Below are positions 28,133 through 37,172 of a stretch of DNA of 64,000 bases, piece by piece; within the stretch, counting starts at the first letter, position 1; each line of letters opens with the position of its first letter. Source of the DNA: Lutibacter sp. (lineage in GTDB: Bacteria; Bacteroidota; Bacteroidia; Flavobacteriales; Flavobacteriaceae); assembly GCF_046055765.1 (NCBI RefSeq), contig NZ_JASFZF010000040.1, positions 16,536 through 80,535 on the forward strand, read 5' to 3'. The notes under the pieces are model-generated. The model was not told the DNA's origin, ran no database searches, and saw only the letters and a list, made by a program, of their open reading frames with translations. Made by a program: the position numbers and the translations under genes.

Positions 28133-29626
28133 TTATCTTACTTTAAAAGATTGATGTTCCACCAATTTAACCATATTATTTATATCATCTTTTAAAACTC
28201 TGTCTTCTTCTAATTTACTAACCTTATTTCTAATTATTTTGAAATTTTCTTCAATAATTTTTGAAAATTTATTAGGTCTTCTAAATTCCATTGCTTGTGC
28301 AGCATACATCAATTCTATAGCTAATATTTTTTCTAAATTACCTAATATTTGATTGAATTTCCGACTAGATATACTACCCATAGAAACATGGTCTTCTTGC
28401 CCAAGAGATGTTGGAATACTATCTGAAGAAGCAGGGAAACATAGAGATTTGTTTTCACTAACCAAAGCTGCTGTTGTGTATTGAGGAATCATAAAACCTG
28501 AATTTAGTCCACCGGCTTCTGTTAACAAACGAGGTAAACCATATTTACCTTCAATTAATAAATAGCTTCTTCTATCAGAAATATTTCCTAGCTCTGATGA
28601 AGCAAGAGCTCCATAATCAAGTGCCATTGCTAATGGTTGCCCGTGAAAATTACCACCAGAAATAGCTTCGGTTTCACTTAATACAATTGGGTTATCTGTT
28701 ACAGAATTCATTTCAATTTTTGCTAGTTCATTTAAATGATAAAAGGCATTTCTTGAAGCACCATGAACTTGTGGAATACAACGCATTGAATATGGATCTT
28801 GCACACGTACGCAAGTTTCATGTGATCTTATATTTTCAGATTCCTTCAGTAACATTCTCATACGTTCTGCTACTTTTAAATTACCTTTAAATGGGCGAAT
28901 TTTGTGCAAAGCTTCTTTGAATGGAGAAGCACTTCCTTGGTAGCCTTCTAAACTCATAGCGCCTGCAACATCAGCTAAATCCAATAAATATTCCATTTTT
29001 TTTAATCCTATAATGGTGTGAGCTAAAATAAATTGTGTACCATTTATTAAGGCCAAACCTTCTTTTGCTTCTAATTGTAAATATTGAAGTTTGTTTTTAG
29101 CTAATATTTTTTTTGCAGAAACAATAGTATCTTTTTCCCAAAATTCACCTTCACCTAATAATGGTAAAAACAAATGTGATAATGGAGCTAAATCTCCTGA
29201 AGCTCCTACTGATCCTTGTTCAGGAACTACTGGGAGTAAATTATTTTCAATAAAAAATAGAATACGTTCAATAACTTTTAATCGAATACCTGAAAATCCT
29301 TGACATAAAGCGTGCACTTTACAAATCATCATTATTTTTGAAAGTTCCTTCTCAATCGGATTTCCAACACCAACAGCATGTGTAATAATTAAATTTTCTT
29401 GCAGTTTACTTGTTTCTTTAGGTGAAATTTGAACATCACATAATGGCCCAAAACCTGTGTTTATACCATAAACAGCTTTATTAGAATTAGCCATTTTTTC
29501 TACCTTTCTTCTGCATTCATTTACCTTTTCAATTGCTTCTGAAGTTATTTCTGCTTTTAAGGTTCCTTTAGAGATGCTTAAAACTTTATCAACCGTAAGT
29601 TGATCTATTCCGTATTTAAATGTCAT
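28133..29626 (-). CDS. hutH: histidine ammonia-lyase
   Basis: MIO-forming GASGDLAPL motif. ATG 29626 (MTFKYGIDQLT) is preferred over TTG 29653 because a -7 box lies 24 nt upstream of it. Confidence 0.93.
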   Translation of the reverse strand: MTFKYGIDQLTVDKVLSISKGTLKAEITSEAIEKVNECRRKVEKMANSNKAVYGINTGFGPLCDVQISPKETSKLQENLIITHAVGVGNPIEKELSKIMMICKVHALCQGFSGIRLKVIERILFFIENNLLPVVPEQGSVGASGDLAPLSHLFLPLLGEGEFWEKDTIVSAKKILAKNKLQYLQLEAKEGLALINGTQFILAHTIIGLKKMEYLLDLADVAGAMSLEGYQGSASPFKEALHKIRPFKGNLKVAERMRMLLKESENIRSHETCVRVQDPYSMRCIPQVHGASRNAFYHLNELAKIEMNSVTDNPIVLSETEAISGGNFHGQPLAMALDYGALASSELGNISDRRSYLLIEGKYGLPRLLTEAGGLNSGFMIPQYTTAALVSENKSLCFPASSDSIPTSLGQEDHVSMGSISSRKFNQILGNLEKILAIELMYAAQAMEFRRPNKFSKIIEENFKIIRNKVSKLEEDRVLKDDINNMVKLVEHQSFKVR

Positions 29627-29650
29627 TTTTAAAGTATCATTGATTTGTAA

Positions 29651-29658
29651 CAAAGTTA
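29651..29658 (-). promoter_or_regulatory. candidate -7 box (TAACTTTG on minus strand) for hutH-hutU
   Basis: CAAAGTTA on the + strand, 24 nt upstream of ATG 29626. Confidence 0.45.
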
Positions 29659-29676
29659 TTCTTATTTTTGATAACT
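29654..29676. promoter_or_regulatory. candidate LysR-type regulator box AGTTAT-N11-ATAACT
   Basis: Perfect 6-bp inverted repeat with an 11-nt spacer (T-N11-A architecture) in the 82-bp hutH/lysR divergent region. A further TTGATAACTA copy lies at 29700..29709. Confidence 0.4.
29663..29670 (+). promoter_or_regulatory. candidate -7 box (TATTTTTG) for the LysR gene
   Basis: TAnnTTTG match inside the spacer of the inverted repeat, 38 nt upstream of ATG 29709. Confidence 0.35.
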
Positions 29677-29708
29677 AATAATACCAATTTTATTAATAAT
29701 TGATAACT

Positions 29709-30602
29709 ATGAGTAATCAAATAGCATTGAGGCATATAAATTATTTTCTAGCAGTTGCTGAAGATTTACATTTTAGAAAAGCAGCAGAACGCTTGTATAT
29801 TTCACAACCCGGGCTAAGCAGGCAAATTAAACAAATGGAAGAGGATTTGGGAATTAAACTATTTGAACGAAATAATAGAAAGGTAAAATTAACCAAAACA
29901 GGAGAATATTTAAAAAATGAACTTTCTATACATTTAAAAAAATTAGACTATATTTTTGAGCATGCAAAATTATTAGATAAAGGGAAGTTTGGGAATTTAA
30001 AATTAGGTTATGTAGGTTCGGCAATGCAGAAAATTATCCCAGGTTTATTGCTGAATTTTAGAAATGAATATCCAGAGGTGTTGTTTAGTTTAACTGAAAT
30101 GGATAATGATAAACAAATTGAAGGTTTGTTAGCACAAGATATTGATATGGGTTTTGTTAGGTTAGAAAGAGTGCCTAGAAGTTTAAACATTCTCCCAGTT
30201 TTAAAAGAACCATTTTGTTTAGTGTTGCCAAAAAATCACGTAATTAATAACCATAATTTTAATAGTTTAAAGCAATTAAAAGATGAGTCTTTTATTTTAT
30301 TCGATTCTAACTATAGCGCTTCTTATTACGAAAAAGTAATGCAGATTTTTGATGATAGTGGATTTGTTCCATTGGTGTCGCATAATACAATTCATGCAAG
30401 TTCTATATATAAATTGGTAGAGAATAATTTTGGAATTTCAATTGTACCAAAATCTTTACAACAAAAAAATAATTTAAATATTAAGTTTATTGAATTAGAT
30501 ATGATTCCTCAGCGTACTGTTTTATCTGTTATTTGGGATAAAAACAATAGAAATCCTATGTTGACTACTATTTTAAGTTTAATGAACGGAATTAATATTT
30601 AA
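29709..30602 (+). CDS. LysR family transcriptional regulator
   Basis: N-terminal wHTH (LRHINYFLAVAEDLHFRKAAERLYISQPGLSRQIKQME) plus a LysR substrate-binding domain. ATG 29709 is preferred over TTG 29700. Confidence 0.9.
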   Translation: MSNQIALRHINYFLAVAEDLHFRKAAERLYISQPGLSRQIKQMEEDLGIKLFERNNRKVKLTKTGEYLKNELSIHLKKLDYIFEHAKLLDKGKFGNLKLGYVGSAMQKIIPGLLLNFRNEYPEVLFSLTEMDNDKQIEGLLAQDIDMGFVRLERVPRSLNILPVLKEPFCLVLPKNHVINNHNFNSLKQLKDESFILFDSNYSASYYEKVMQIFDDSGFVPLVSHNTIHASSIYKLVENNFGISIVPKSLQQKNNLNIKFIELDMIPQRTVLSVIWDKNNRNPMLTTILSLMNGINI

Positions 30603-30627
30603 TTATTCAATAGCATTTGAAATTTTG

Positions 30628-31443
30628 TTACCACCAAACAATAAAAAATGCATCAACCTCTCCATTAGAATATTTTAACCAGCATAATGGCGAAGTTTGA
30701 TTTTGAATTAAGAGTTCAATTTTTGATGAAATTTGGTTATAAGTTTTCCAACTTGTTTGTACTTGAACTTTCTGTAACCAATTTATTTTTGTAGGAATGT
30801 GAAATTTGCAATTTTTAAATTCTATAAGTCTATCAAAAGAAATATAAAATCCTTTAATACATTCATTATTTATCAAATTAAAAGAAGATTTTTTTAAGTT
30901 GTAAGGAACAAATAATTGAGCTTTAAAATAAACTTGCTGTTCTATTTTTTTGGTATCAATTTGAAGTTTATCTAGATATGGTTTTGTTTGAGAACGAAAA
31001 ATTAATGGTAATTGTTTTTCTTTCAACTTTGTTAGTTTTTTCACCAAACTATCTTTTCTATTTGGTCCAATCCAATGTTCTAATTCTGTATTTCCAACTG
31101 TTTCATCGTACAAGTAAAATTTATAAACAACTTCTAGATGAATTGGTGTTTTGTGTTGTTGAATAATAAAATCAATTTCTCCAACTGTAATTTTATTATG
31201 TTGTATTTGAACGTTTTCTGCTACTATTTTAATTGATGAAATTTTCTCAAGTTCATTTTTAACAAAGCGTTCTACACGTTTTCCTAAGCGAAGATTTTTT
31301 AAAATTGTAGCATTAAATTTTGAATATTTTTCTATAGGAATTTCTATTTGAGTTAAGCCAAAAACAACATCACTAATCCATAATTGCTGAGTGTTAAGAA
31401 ACCCTTCATACTGTAGTTGAATATCTTTAGAATTTAAATCCAT
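30628..31443 (-). CDS. DUF1853 family protein (PD-(D/E)xK-like fold suspected)
   Basis: 271 aa with the central block VGEIDFIIQ...HLEVVYKFYLY. The family was recalled from memory, not searched. Confidence 0.5.
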   Translation of the reverse strand: MDLNSKDIQLQYEGFLNTQQLWISDVVFGLTQIEIPIEKYSKFNATILKNLRLGKRVERFVKNELEKISSIKIVAENVQIQHNKITVGEIDFIIQQHKTPIHLEVVYKFYLYDETVGNTELEHWIGPNRKDSLVKKLTKLKEKQLPLIFRSQTKPYLDKLQIDTKKIEQQVYFKAQLFVPYNLKKSSFNLINNECIKGFYISFDRLIEFKNCKFHIPTKINWLQKVQVQTSWKTYNQISSKIELLIQNQTSPLCWLKYSNGEVDAFFIVWW

Positions 31444-31477
31444 TTACATTTTACTAATCTAGAATTAGCTGTTGAAA

Positions 31478-33226
31478 TTAATTATAAACTTTATAAATAG
31501 GCAATTTTAAATGTGCTAATTCATAATGTGGAGAGTTTTTATAAACAAAATCTAATTGTGCTCTAGGATTTTTTGCAAAATTTAAATCCATTAACATTTT
31601 AGAGTTTAAAGAATCTTTTATTGCTTCATTATTTATTAAAAAATCTTCCGCAATATCTTCAAAAACATACGCTGAATAACCTTCTTTTTGCTGAAGAATT
31701 GTATCGAAAAAATTCCAATTAAAAAATGAATCTGTTGCTTCGGCTTCTAAAGTTTCAAGTATATATCGCAAACCTTGTTGATTTACAGGGATGTAAATAT
31801 CACCTCTTTGAAAATTTACTATTTTTTGAGTCGACTTTACTTCAGTATTATAATGCAAATAATGACCTTCATACGGTCTTGAACTTGTTTCGTAATTTTT
31901 AATATGCTGTTCATTAACAATAAATGAAGTATCCTTTTTAAGGATAGAATACTCAATGTTATTGTCATTTAATCGGGCTAAAATTTTCCACCAACCTTGC
32001 TTTATAATATATGCTTTTGGAATCTTAATTTCTTTTGAAGCTTTAAACTCATTGTAATATTTTATAGGTTTTATATAGGGTTTAGACTTATCGTAAAATA
32101 AACGTTTTCCATTAGTTACTTTACTATCAATAAAACTACTTTCGTAACCTTTAAATTGTAACGTAGTAAACGTATTTTTATCTAATTTATAAGCAATAGG
32201 ATATGTTTTATGTTCCAAAATTTTTGAAATAGCATTTTTCCGAAGTTCTTTTATTTTTGTTCCATTTTTAATAGTGAATGCTATGATACTTTCCATAAAA
32301 CTATATGTTTGTTCAACACGTTGTTTGTAAGGTTTTAGCATATGTGTTTCAATCATTAAACCTAACGTATTGAATAATGTTGTATAACCGCTTGAATAAC
32401 GTGGAGAATCAAAAAATTGGCTAAATCCTTCTTCGGGAGTTTTACCCCAAACATTTACATAAGGCGTTATTGAGATATTCTTTTTTAGTAAAGACGCTTC
32501 AATAGCGGGTCTCATTTTAGTTTCAATAAATTCTCCTAAATCGTTACCTAATTTATTATGTTGAGTAAATAAGTGTGTAATTGCATATTGATAATTAGCT
32601 CCGTTACTTACGTGATTATCTACAAAAATATCGGGATTTACAGTATGAAAAATTTTAGCAAATGCACGTGCATTTTTAGTGTCAGCTTTAATAAAATCTC
32701 TATTTAAATCAAAATTCCTCGTATTTCCTCTAAAACCATACTCTTTTGGCCCACTTTGGTTGGTGCGTGTAGTGCTATTTCTATTTAAAGAACCCCCAAC
32801 ATTGTAAATTGGAATTACGGCTAAAATTATATTTTCTAACTGTTTTATTTTTTTTGAATCTTGAACAATATTACGTAAAAGTATCATTGTAGCATCTATC
32901 CCATCAGATTCTCCAGGGTGAATTCCATTATTTATTAAAATAATATTTTTAGAACTGTTTTTTATTTTGGAAAAATCGAATTCTTTTGCGCTGTTAAAAA
33001 CGACTAAATGTAAAGGTAAACCACTGTCTGTTTCTCCCATTTTAATTAAGGAAATCTCAGGGTAAATAGCAGCTAAATTTTTATAATACTCAATTGTTTC
33101 TTGATAAGTTGCTGTTTCAGTTCTTGAGGATTTTTCAAATTTTGTAGTAAAATCAAACGTTGAATTTTTTGTTTGATTGGTACAAGAAAATAGAAGAACT
33201 AGAATTAGGCAGCTTATTTTTTTCAT
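31478..33226 (-). CDS. secreted M14 family zinc carboxypeptidase
   Basis: Signal/lipoprotein-like N-terminus (LILVLLFSC) and the zinc ligand motif NNGIHPGESDG (HxxE). Confidence 0.8.
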   Translation of the reverse strand: MKKISCLILVLLFSCTNQTKNSTFDFTTKFEKSSRTETATYQETIEYYKNLAAIYPEISLIKMGETDSGLPLHLVVFNSAKEFDFSKIKNSSKNIILINNGIHPGESDGIDATMILLRNIVQDSKKIKQLENIILAVIPIYNVGGSLNRNSTTRTNQSGPKEYGFRGNTRNFDLNRDFIKADTKNARAFAKIFHTVNPDIFVDNHVSNGANYQYAITHLFTQHNKLGNDLGEFIETKMRPAIEASLLKKNISITPYVNVWGKTPEEGFSQFFDSPRYSSGYTTLFNTLGLMIETHMLKPYKQRVEQTYSFMESIIAFTIKNGTKIKELRKNAISKILEHKTYPIAYKLDKNTFTTLQFKGYESSFIDSKVTNGKRLFYDKSKPYIKPIKYYNEFKASKEIKIPKAYIIKQGWWKILARLNDNNIEYSILKKDTSFIVNEQHIKNYETSSRPYEGHYLHYNTEVKSTQKIVNFQRGDIYIPVNQQGLRYILETLEAEATDSFFNWNFFDTILQQKEGYSAYVFEDIAEDFLINNEAIKDSLNSKMLMDLNFAKNPRAQLDFVYKNSPHYELAHLKLPIYKVYN

Positions 33227-33235
33227 AAAACAGGT

Positions 33236-33691
33236 TTATTTTTGGAGTACACTTTTAGGTACAAAACCTTCAACGTTTCCACCATTTCTAAGAATATCGC
33301 GCACAATACTTGAGCTTATAAAGGACGTATCTGCCGAGGTTAATAGAAAAACAGTTTCTATTGTTGACATTTTTCTATTTGTTTGAGCAATTGCTTTTTC
33401 AAATTCAAAATCGGCAGGATTTCTTAAACCTCTTAAAATAAAATCGACATTAAATTTATTGCAAACATCAATAGTTAAACCTGTGTATGTTTCAACTTTT
33501 ATTTTAGGTTCATTGCTATAATTTTCCTTAATAAATTTCACACGTTCTTCTAGCGTAAACATGTATTTTTTTTCAGTATTAATACCAATTGCAATAATTA
33601 TTTCATCAAAAAGCGGTAATGCTCTATTAATAATATCAACGTGTCCTAATGTTATTGGATCAAACGACCCTGGAAAAATAGCTCTTTTCAT
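33236..33691 (-). CDS. coaD: pantetheine-phosphate adenylyltransferase
   Basis: GSFDPITLGH nucleotidyltransferase motif; 151 aa. The start shares one base with the ddl stop (TAATG). Confidence 0.93.
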   Translation of the reverse strand: MKRAIFPGSFDPITLGHVDIINRALPLFDEIIIAIGINTEKKYMFTLEERVKFIKENYSNEPKIKVETYTGLTIDVCNKFNVDFILRGLRNPADFEFEKAIAQTNRKMSTIETVFLLTSADTSFISSSIVRDILRNGGNVEGFVPKSVLQK

Positions 33692-34671
33692 TATTGTTTA
33701 TTTAAAGCCATTTCAATGGCGTTATGAAAAAGTTCTTGTAAATTGATACCTGCTTCAGCAGCTTGTTGTGGAATTAAACTTTCATTTGTTAAACCGGGTA
33801 CCATATTTATTTCTAAAAAGTGAGGCTCATTATTTACTAAAATATATTCAGCTCTTGAAAAACCACTTAAATTTAGAATTTTATATACCTTTTTAGCTGT
33901 TTTCTCTAATTTTTTATGAATTTTATCAGAAATTCTTGCAGGAGTTATTTCTTCAGATTTTCCTAAATATTTTGCTTCATAATCAAAAAAATCATTGTAA
34001 GTAACTATTTCAGTCATTGGTAATACTTTTACTTCATTTTTATAATTTAGAACACCAATTGTAATTTCTGGACCATCTAGAAATTCTTCAATTAAAATTT
34101 GTGAATCTTCTTTAAAAGCCTTTTCAATTGCTGGAATTATTTCTTTAGAAGTTTTAACCTTTGAAATTCCAAAGCTAGAGCCCGCATTGTTAGGTTTTAC
34201 AAAACAAGGTAGCCCAACTTTTTCAATAATTTTTTCAACATTAATAAATTCATTTTTATCTAAGTAATATGAAGTTGCAGTTTTTATACCAGATTGTTTT
34301 ACAATGCTTAATGTATCACGTTTATTGAATGTTAAAGCCATTTGGTAAAATGGAGCTGAAGTATGTTTTAAACCAATTAAATCGAAATAAGCTAAAATAG
34401 TTCCATCTTCACCAGGATGTCCGTGAATGGCGTTAAAAACACCATCGAAATTTATTTTCATACCATTTATTTCAGTAGAAAAATCGTGTTTGTTAATAGG
34501 AAACTCTTCATCATTTTCGTTAACAAGTACCCATTTATTTCTAAGAATATGAACTTTGTAAGTATTGTATAATTCTTTTGAAATATTTTGATAAACAATA
34601 GTTCCACTCTTTAAAGAGATATCAACTTCCGAAGAATAACCACCCATTATTATGGCAATATTTTTTCTCAT
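33691..34671 (-). CDS. ddl: D-alanine--D-alanine ligase
   Basis: ATP-grasp layout with an N-terminal GG.S.E..IS pattern and a C-terminal LEINMVPGLT. Confidence 0.92.
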   Translation of the reverse strand: MRKNIAIIMGGYSSEVDISLKSGTIVYQNISKELYNTYKVHILRNKWVLVNENDEEFPINKHDFSTEINGMKINFDGVFNAIHGHPGEDGTILAYFDLIGLKHTSAPFYQMALTFNKRDTLSIVKQSGIKTATSYYLDKNEFINVEKIIEKVGLPCFVKPNNAGSSFGISKVKTSKEIIPAIEKAFKEDSQILIEEFLDGPEITIGVLNYKNEVKVLPMTEIVTYNDFFDYEAKYLGKSEEITPARISDKIHKKLEKTAKKVYKILNLSGFSRAEYILVNNEPHFLEINMVPGLTNESLIPQQAAEAGINLQELFHNAIEMALNKQ

Positions 34672-34698
34672 TTTATGTTTATAGTTAAACCGTAATTA

Positions 34699-34706
34699 CA
34701 AACTTA
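34699..34706 (-). promoter_or_regulatory. candidate -7 box (TAAGTTTG on minus strand) for ddl-coaD-carboxypeptidase
   Basis: CAAACTTA on the + strand, 27 nt upstream of ATG 34671. Confidence 0.4.
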
Positions 34707-34805
34707 CATATTTAATGTTTAAAGTTGTTGAGTACTTTTGAAAAAAACTATAATTCAATACTAAAACTACAATACTTGGTAGTTTGGAAGTTGGTATTTA
34801 TAAAG

Positions 34806-34813
34806 TATCTTTG
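34806..34813 (+). promoter_or_regulatory. candidate -7 box (TATCTTTG) for the PASTA-rluD unit
   Basis: TAnnTTTG match, 21 nt upstream of ATG 34835. Confidence 0.45.
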
Positions 34814-34834
34814 CTCAAAATTTAAAAATAGAAT

Positions 34835-35428
34835 ATGAGTCTTTTTCAATTTATGATATCTAAAACCTTTGCAAAACAACTACTATTTGCTGTTGTGGGG
34901 CTTACTTTATTTATTTTTGCTGTAATGAAATGGATAGATATTACAACAAATCACAATCAAAAAATTGAAGTTCCAAATTTGGAAAAAATGAGTTTAAGTA
35001 AGGTTGAAGAGACGTTAAATGAGCTAGATTTAAATTTAATAGTAATTGATTCTGCTAGTTATAACCCTAATTATCCAAATAAGTCGGTAATTTCTCAAGA
35101 TCCTGAGGCTGGTGATTTTGTAAAAGAAGGGCGAAAAATTTATTTAACGTTAAATCCATCAAATTATGCAGATGTTCAGGTTCCGGATTTATATGGTAAA
35201 ACAAAAAGACAAGCAAATTCTCAGTTATTAGCTATTGGATTTAGAGTTAACTCGAAAGATTTACATGTATCGGATATTGCTAAAGATGTTGTGCGAGGAT
35301 TAAGGTTTATGGGAAAAGATGTAAAAGCTGGTGATAAAATCCCTAAAAATTCTGTGATTACATTAAAATTAGGTGATGGAAGAGGACGTGGACAGTATAA
35401 ACCAAGTAAAGCAAAGGAAAAGGAATGA
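34835..35428 (+). CDS. membrane-anchored PASTA domain protein
   Basis: One N-terminal TM helix, then two ~65-aa PASTA-like units (VPNLEKMSL...; VPDLYGKTKRQA...) and a basic tail. Confidence 0.7.
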   Translation: MSLFQFMISKTFAKQLLFAVVGLTLFIFAVMKWIDITTNHNQKIEVPNLEKMSLSKVEETLNELDLNLIVIDSASYNPNYPNKSVISQDPEAGDFVKEGRKIYLTLNPSNYADVQVPDLYGKTKRQANSQLLAIGFRVNSKDLHVSDIAKDVVRGLRFMGKDVKAGDKIPKNSVITLKLGDGRGRGQYKPSKAKEKE

Positions 35429-36441
35429 ATGTTGAAGAATTAGAAAAAGATGAGTTTTACGAGCATTTTAGGTATGTAGCTCACGAAGGTCAAGAACCTT
35501 TGAGAGTGGATAAATTTTTAATGAATTTTATTGAAAATTCTACACGGAATAAAATACAACAAGCAGCTAAAGCTGGCAATGTTTTAGTAAACGAAATACC
35601 TGTAAAATCTAATTATAAGGTAAAGCCAAATGATGTGGTTCGTGTTGTTTTATCGCATCCACCACATGAAAATTTATTAGTTGCAGAAGATATTCCTTTA
35701 GATATTTTATTTGAAGATGACCAAGTGATGGTGGTGAATAAACCAGCTGGAATGGTGGTACATCCAGGTCACGGGAATTATAGTGGTACTTTGGTAAATG
35801 CTTTAATTCATCATATAGAAAATTTACCAACAAACTCAAATGAACGTCCTGGGTTAGTGCATAGAATTGATAAAGATACCAGTGGTTTATTAGTTATTGC
35901 AAAAACTGAATTTGCAATGGCTCATTTATCAAAACAATTTTTTAACAGAACTACAGAGCGTTTGTACTATGCACTAGTTTGGGGAAATATTGAAGAAGAC
36001 GAAGGTAAAATTGAAGGAAATATTGGTAGAAGTTTAAAAAATAGACTTCAAATGAATGTTTTTCCAGAAGGTGATTTTGGAAAACATGCGGTAACACATT
36101 ATAAAGTTTTGGAGCGTTTTAGTTACGTTACCTTAGTTCAATGTAAATTAGAAACTGGAAGAACCCATCAAATTAGAGCACATTTTAAGCATATTGGCCA
36201 CACACTTTTTAATGACGAACGTTATGGAGGTAATGCGGTTTTAAAAGGAACAACATTTACAAAATATAAGCAGTTTGTAGAAAATTGTTTTAAGATTTTA
36301 CCTCGGCAAGCTTTGCACGCCAAAACATTAGGTTTTGAGCATCCAATAACTAAAGAATTTTTAAGGTTTAATTGCGATATACCTCAAGACATTGAGCAAT
36401 GTTTAGAAAAATGGAGGGCATATACCTTAAATCAAAAGTAA
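35425..36441 (+). CDS. rluD: RluA/RluD family 23S rRNA pseudouridine synthase
   Basis: S4-like N-terminus, catalytic HRIDKDTSGLL, and GRTHQIRAH. The start overlaps the PASTA gene stop (ATGA). Confidence 0.88.
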   Translation: MNVEELEKDEFYEHFRYVAHEGQEPLRVDKFLMNFIENSTRNKIQQAAKAGNVLVNEIPVKSNYKVKPNDVVRVVLSHPPHENLLVAEDIPLDILFEDDQVMVVNKPAGMVVHPGHGNYSGTLVNALIHHIENLPTNSNERPGLVHRIDKDTSGLLVIAKTEFAMAHLSKQFFNRTTERLYYALVWGNIEEDEGKIEGNIGRSLKNRLQMNVFPEGDFGKHAVTHYKVLERFSYVTLVQCKLETGRTHQIRAHFKHIGHTLFNDERYGGNAVLKGTTFTKYKQFVENCFKILPRQALHAKTLGFEHPITKEFLRFNCDIPQDIEQCLEKWRAYTLNQK

Positions 36442-36445
36442 TAAA

Positions 36446-37078
36446 ATGAAAAAGTTTGATATTGATAAATGGAACCGAAAAACACAATTTAATTTTTTTA
36501 AAGAGTATGAGGATCCATTTTTTAATTTAACTGCAAATTTAGAAGTTACCAACCTTTATGTTTATTGTAAAAAGCATAAATTATCATTTTCATTGGCTTG
36601 TTTGTACGTAGCATTAAAGGCTATGAATGAAATTATGGAATTTAAATTACGGTTTAAAAATGGAGAAGTTTATTTGTTTGATGAACTAGATATTGGCTCA
36701 ACTATATTAAATGATAATGAAACCTTTTCGTTTTGTTATTTTGAAAATCAACCTAATTTAATTGAATTTATAGAAAAGGGAAAAGTAGTTATTGAAAATC
36801 ATCATAAAAAGGTAGAAAAGTTTGAACCTAAAGGAGAAGGTTTAAATTTAGTACACTGTACAACTTTGCCTTGGGTTTCATTCACAAGTTTTAAACATGC
36901 AAGAAATGGAGATGAAAGAACAAAAGGAATTCCAAAAATTGTTTTCGGAAAATTATTTGATGAAAACAATCTAAAAAAAATACCTTTTTCTGTTGAAGTT
37001 CACCACGCATTAATGGATGGGGTTCAAGTAGGAATTCTTTATAAGAAGATGCAAGAATATATTCATGGGCTAGTATAA
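36446..37078 (+). CDS. chloramphenicol acetyltransferase (CatA)-like O-acetyltransferase
   Basis: 210 aa, a CAT-like N-terminus (W.R...F.FF) and the catalytic-His block VHHALMDG. Confidence 0.75.
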   Translation: MKKFDIDKWNRKTQFNFFKEYEDPFFNLTANLEVTNLYVYCKKHKLSFSLACLYVALKAMNEIMEFKLRFKNGEVYLFDELDIGSTILNDNETFSFCYFENQPNLIEFIEKGKVVIENHHKKVEKFEPKGEGLNLVHCTTLPWVSFTSFKHARNGDERTKGIPKIVFGKLFDENNLKKIPFSVEVHHALMDGVQVGILYKKMQEYIHGLV

Positions 37079-37172
37079 ATTTTATTTATTTCAGAATAAT
37101 TGTATTGAATTAATAGTTGTATTTATAATAGTAAAATAGTGGTAATTTTACACTAGAAGTAAATCATAAAAA

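Noticed and set aside
34764-34785. Hairpin AAACTAC-aatacttg-GTAGTTT in the ddl/PASTA spacer
   Set aside because: The stem is only 7 bp with no T run. It lies between two divergent promoters, where a terminator makes no sense.
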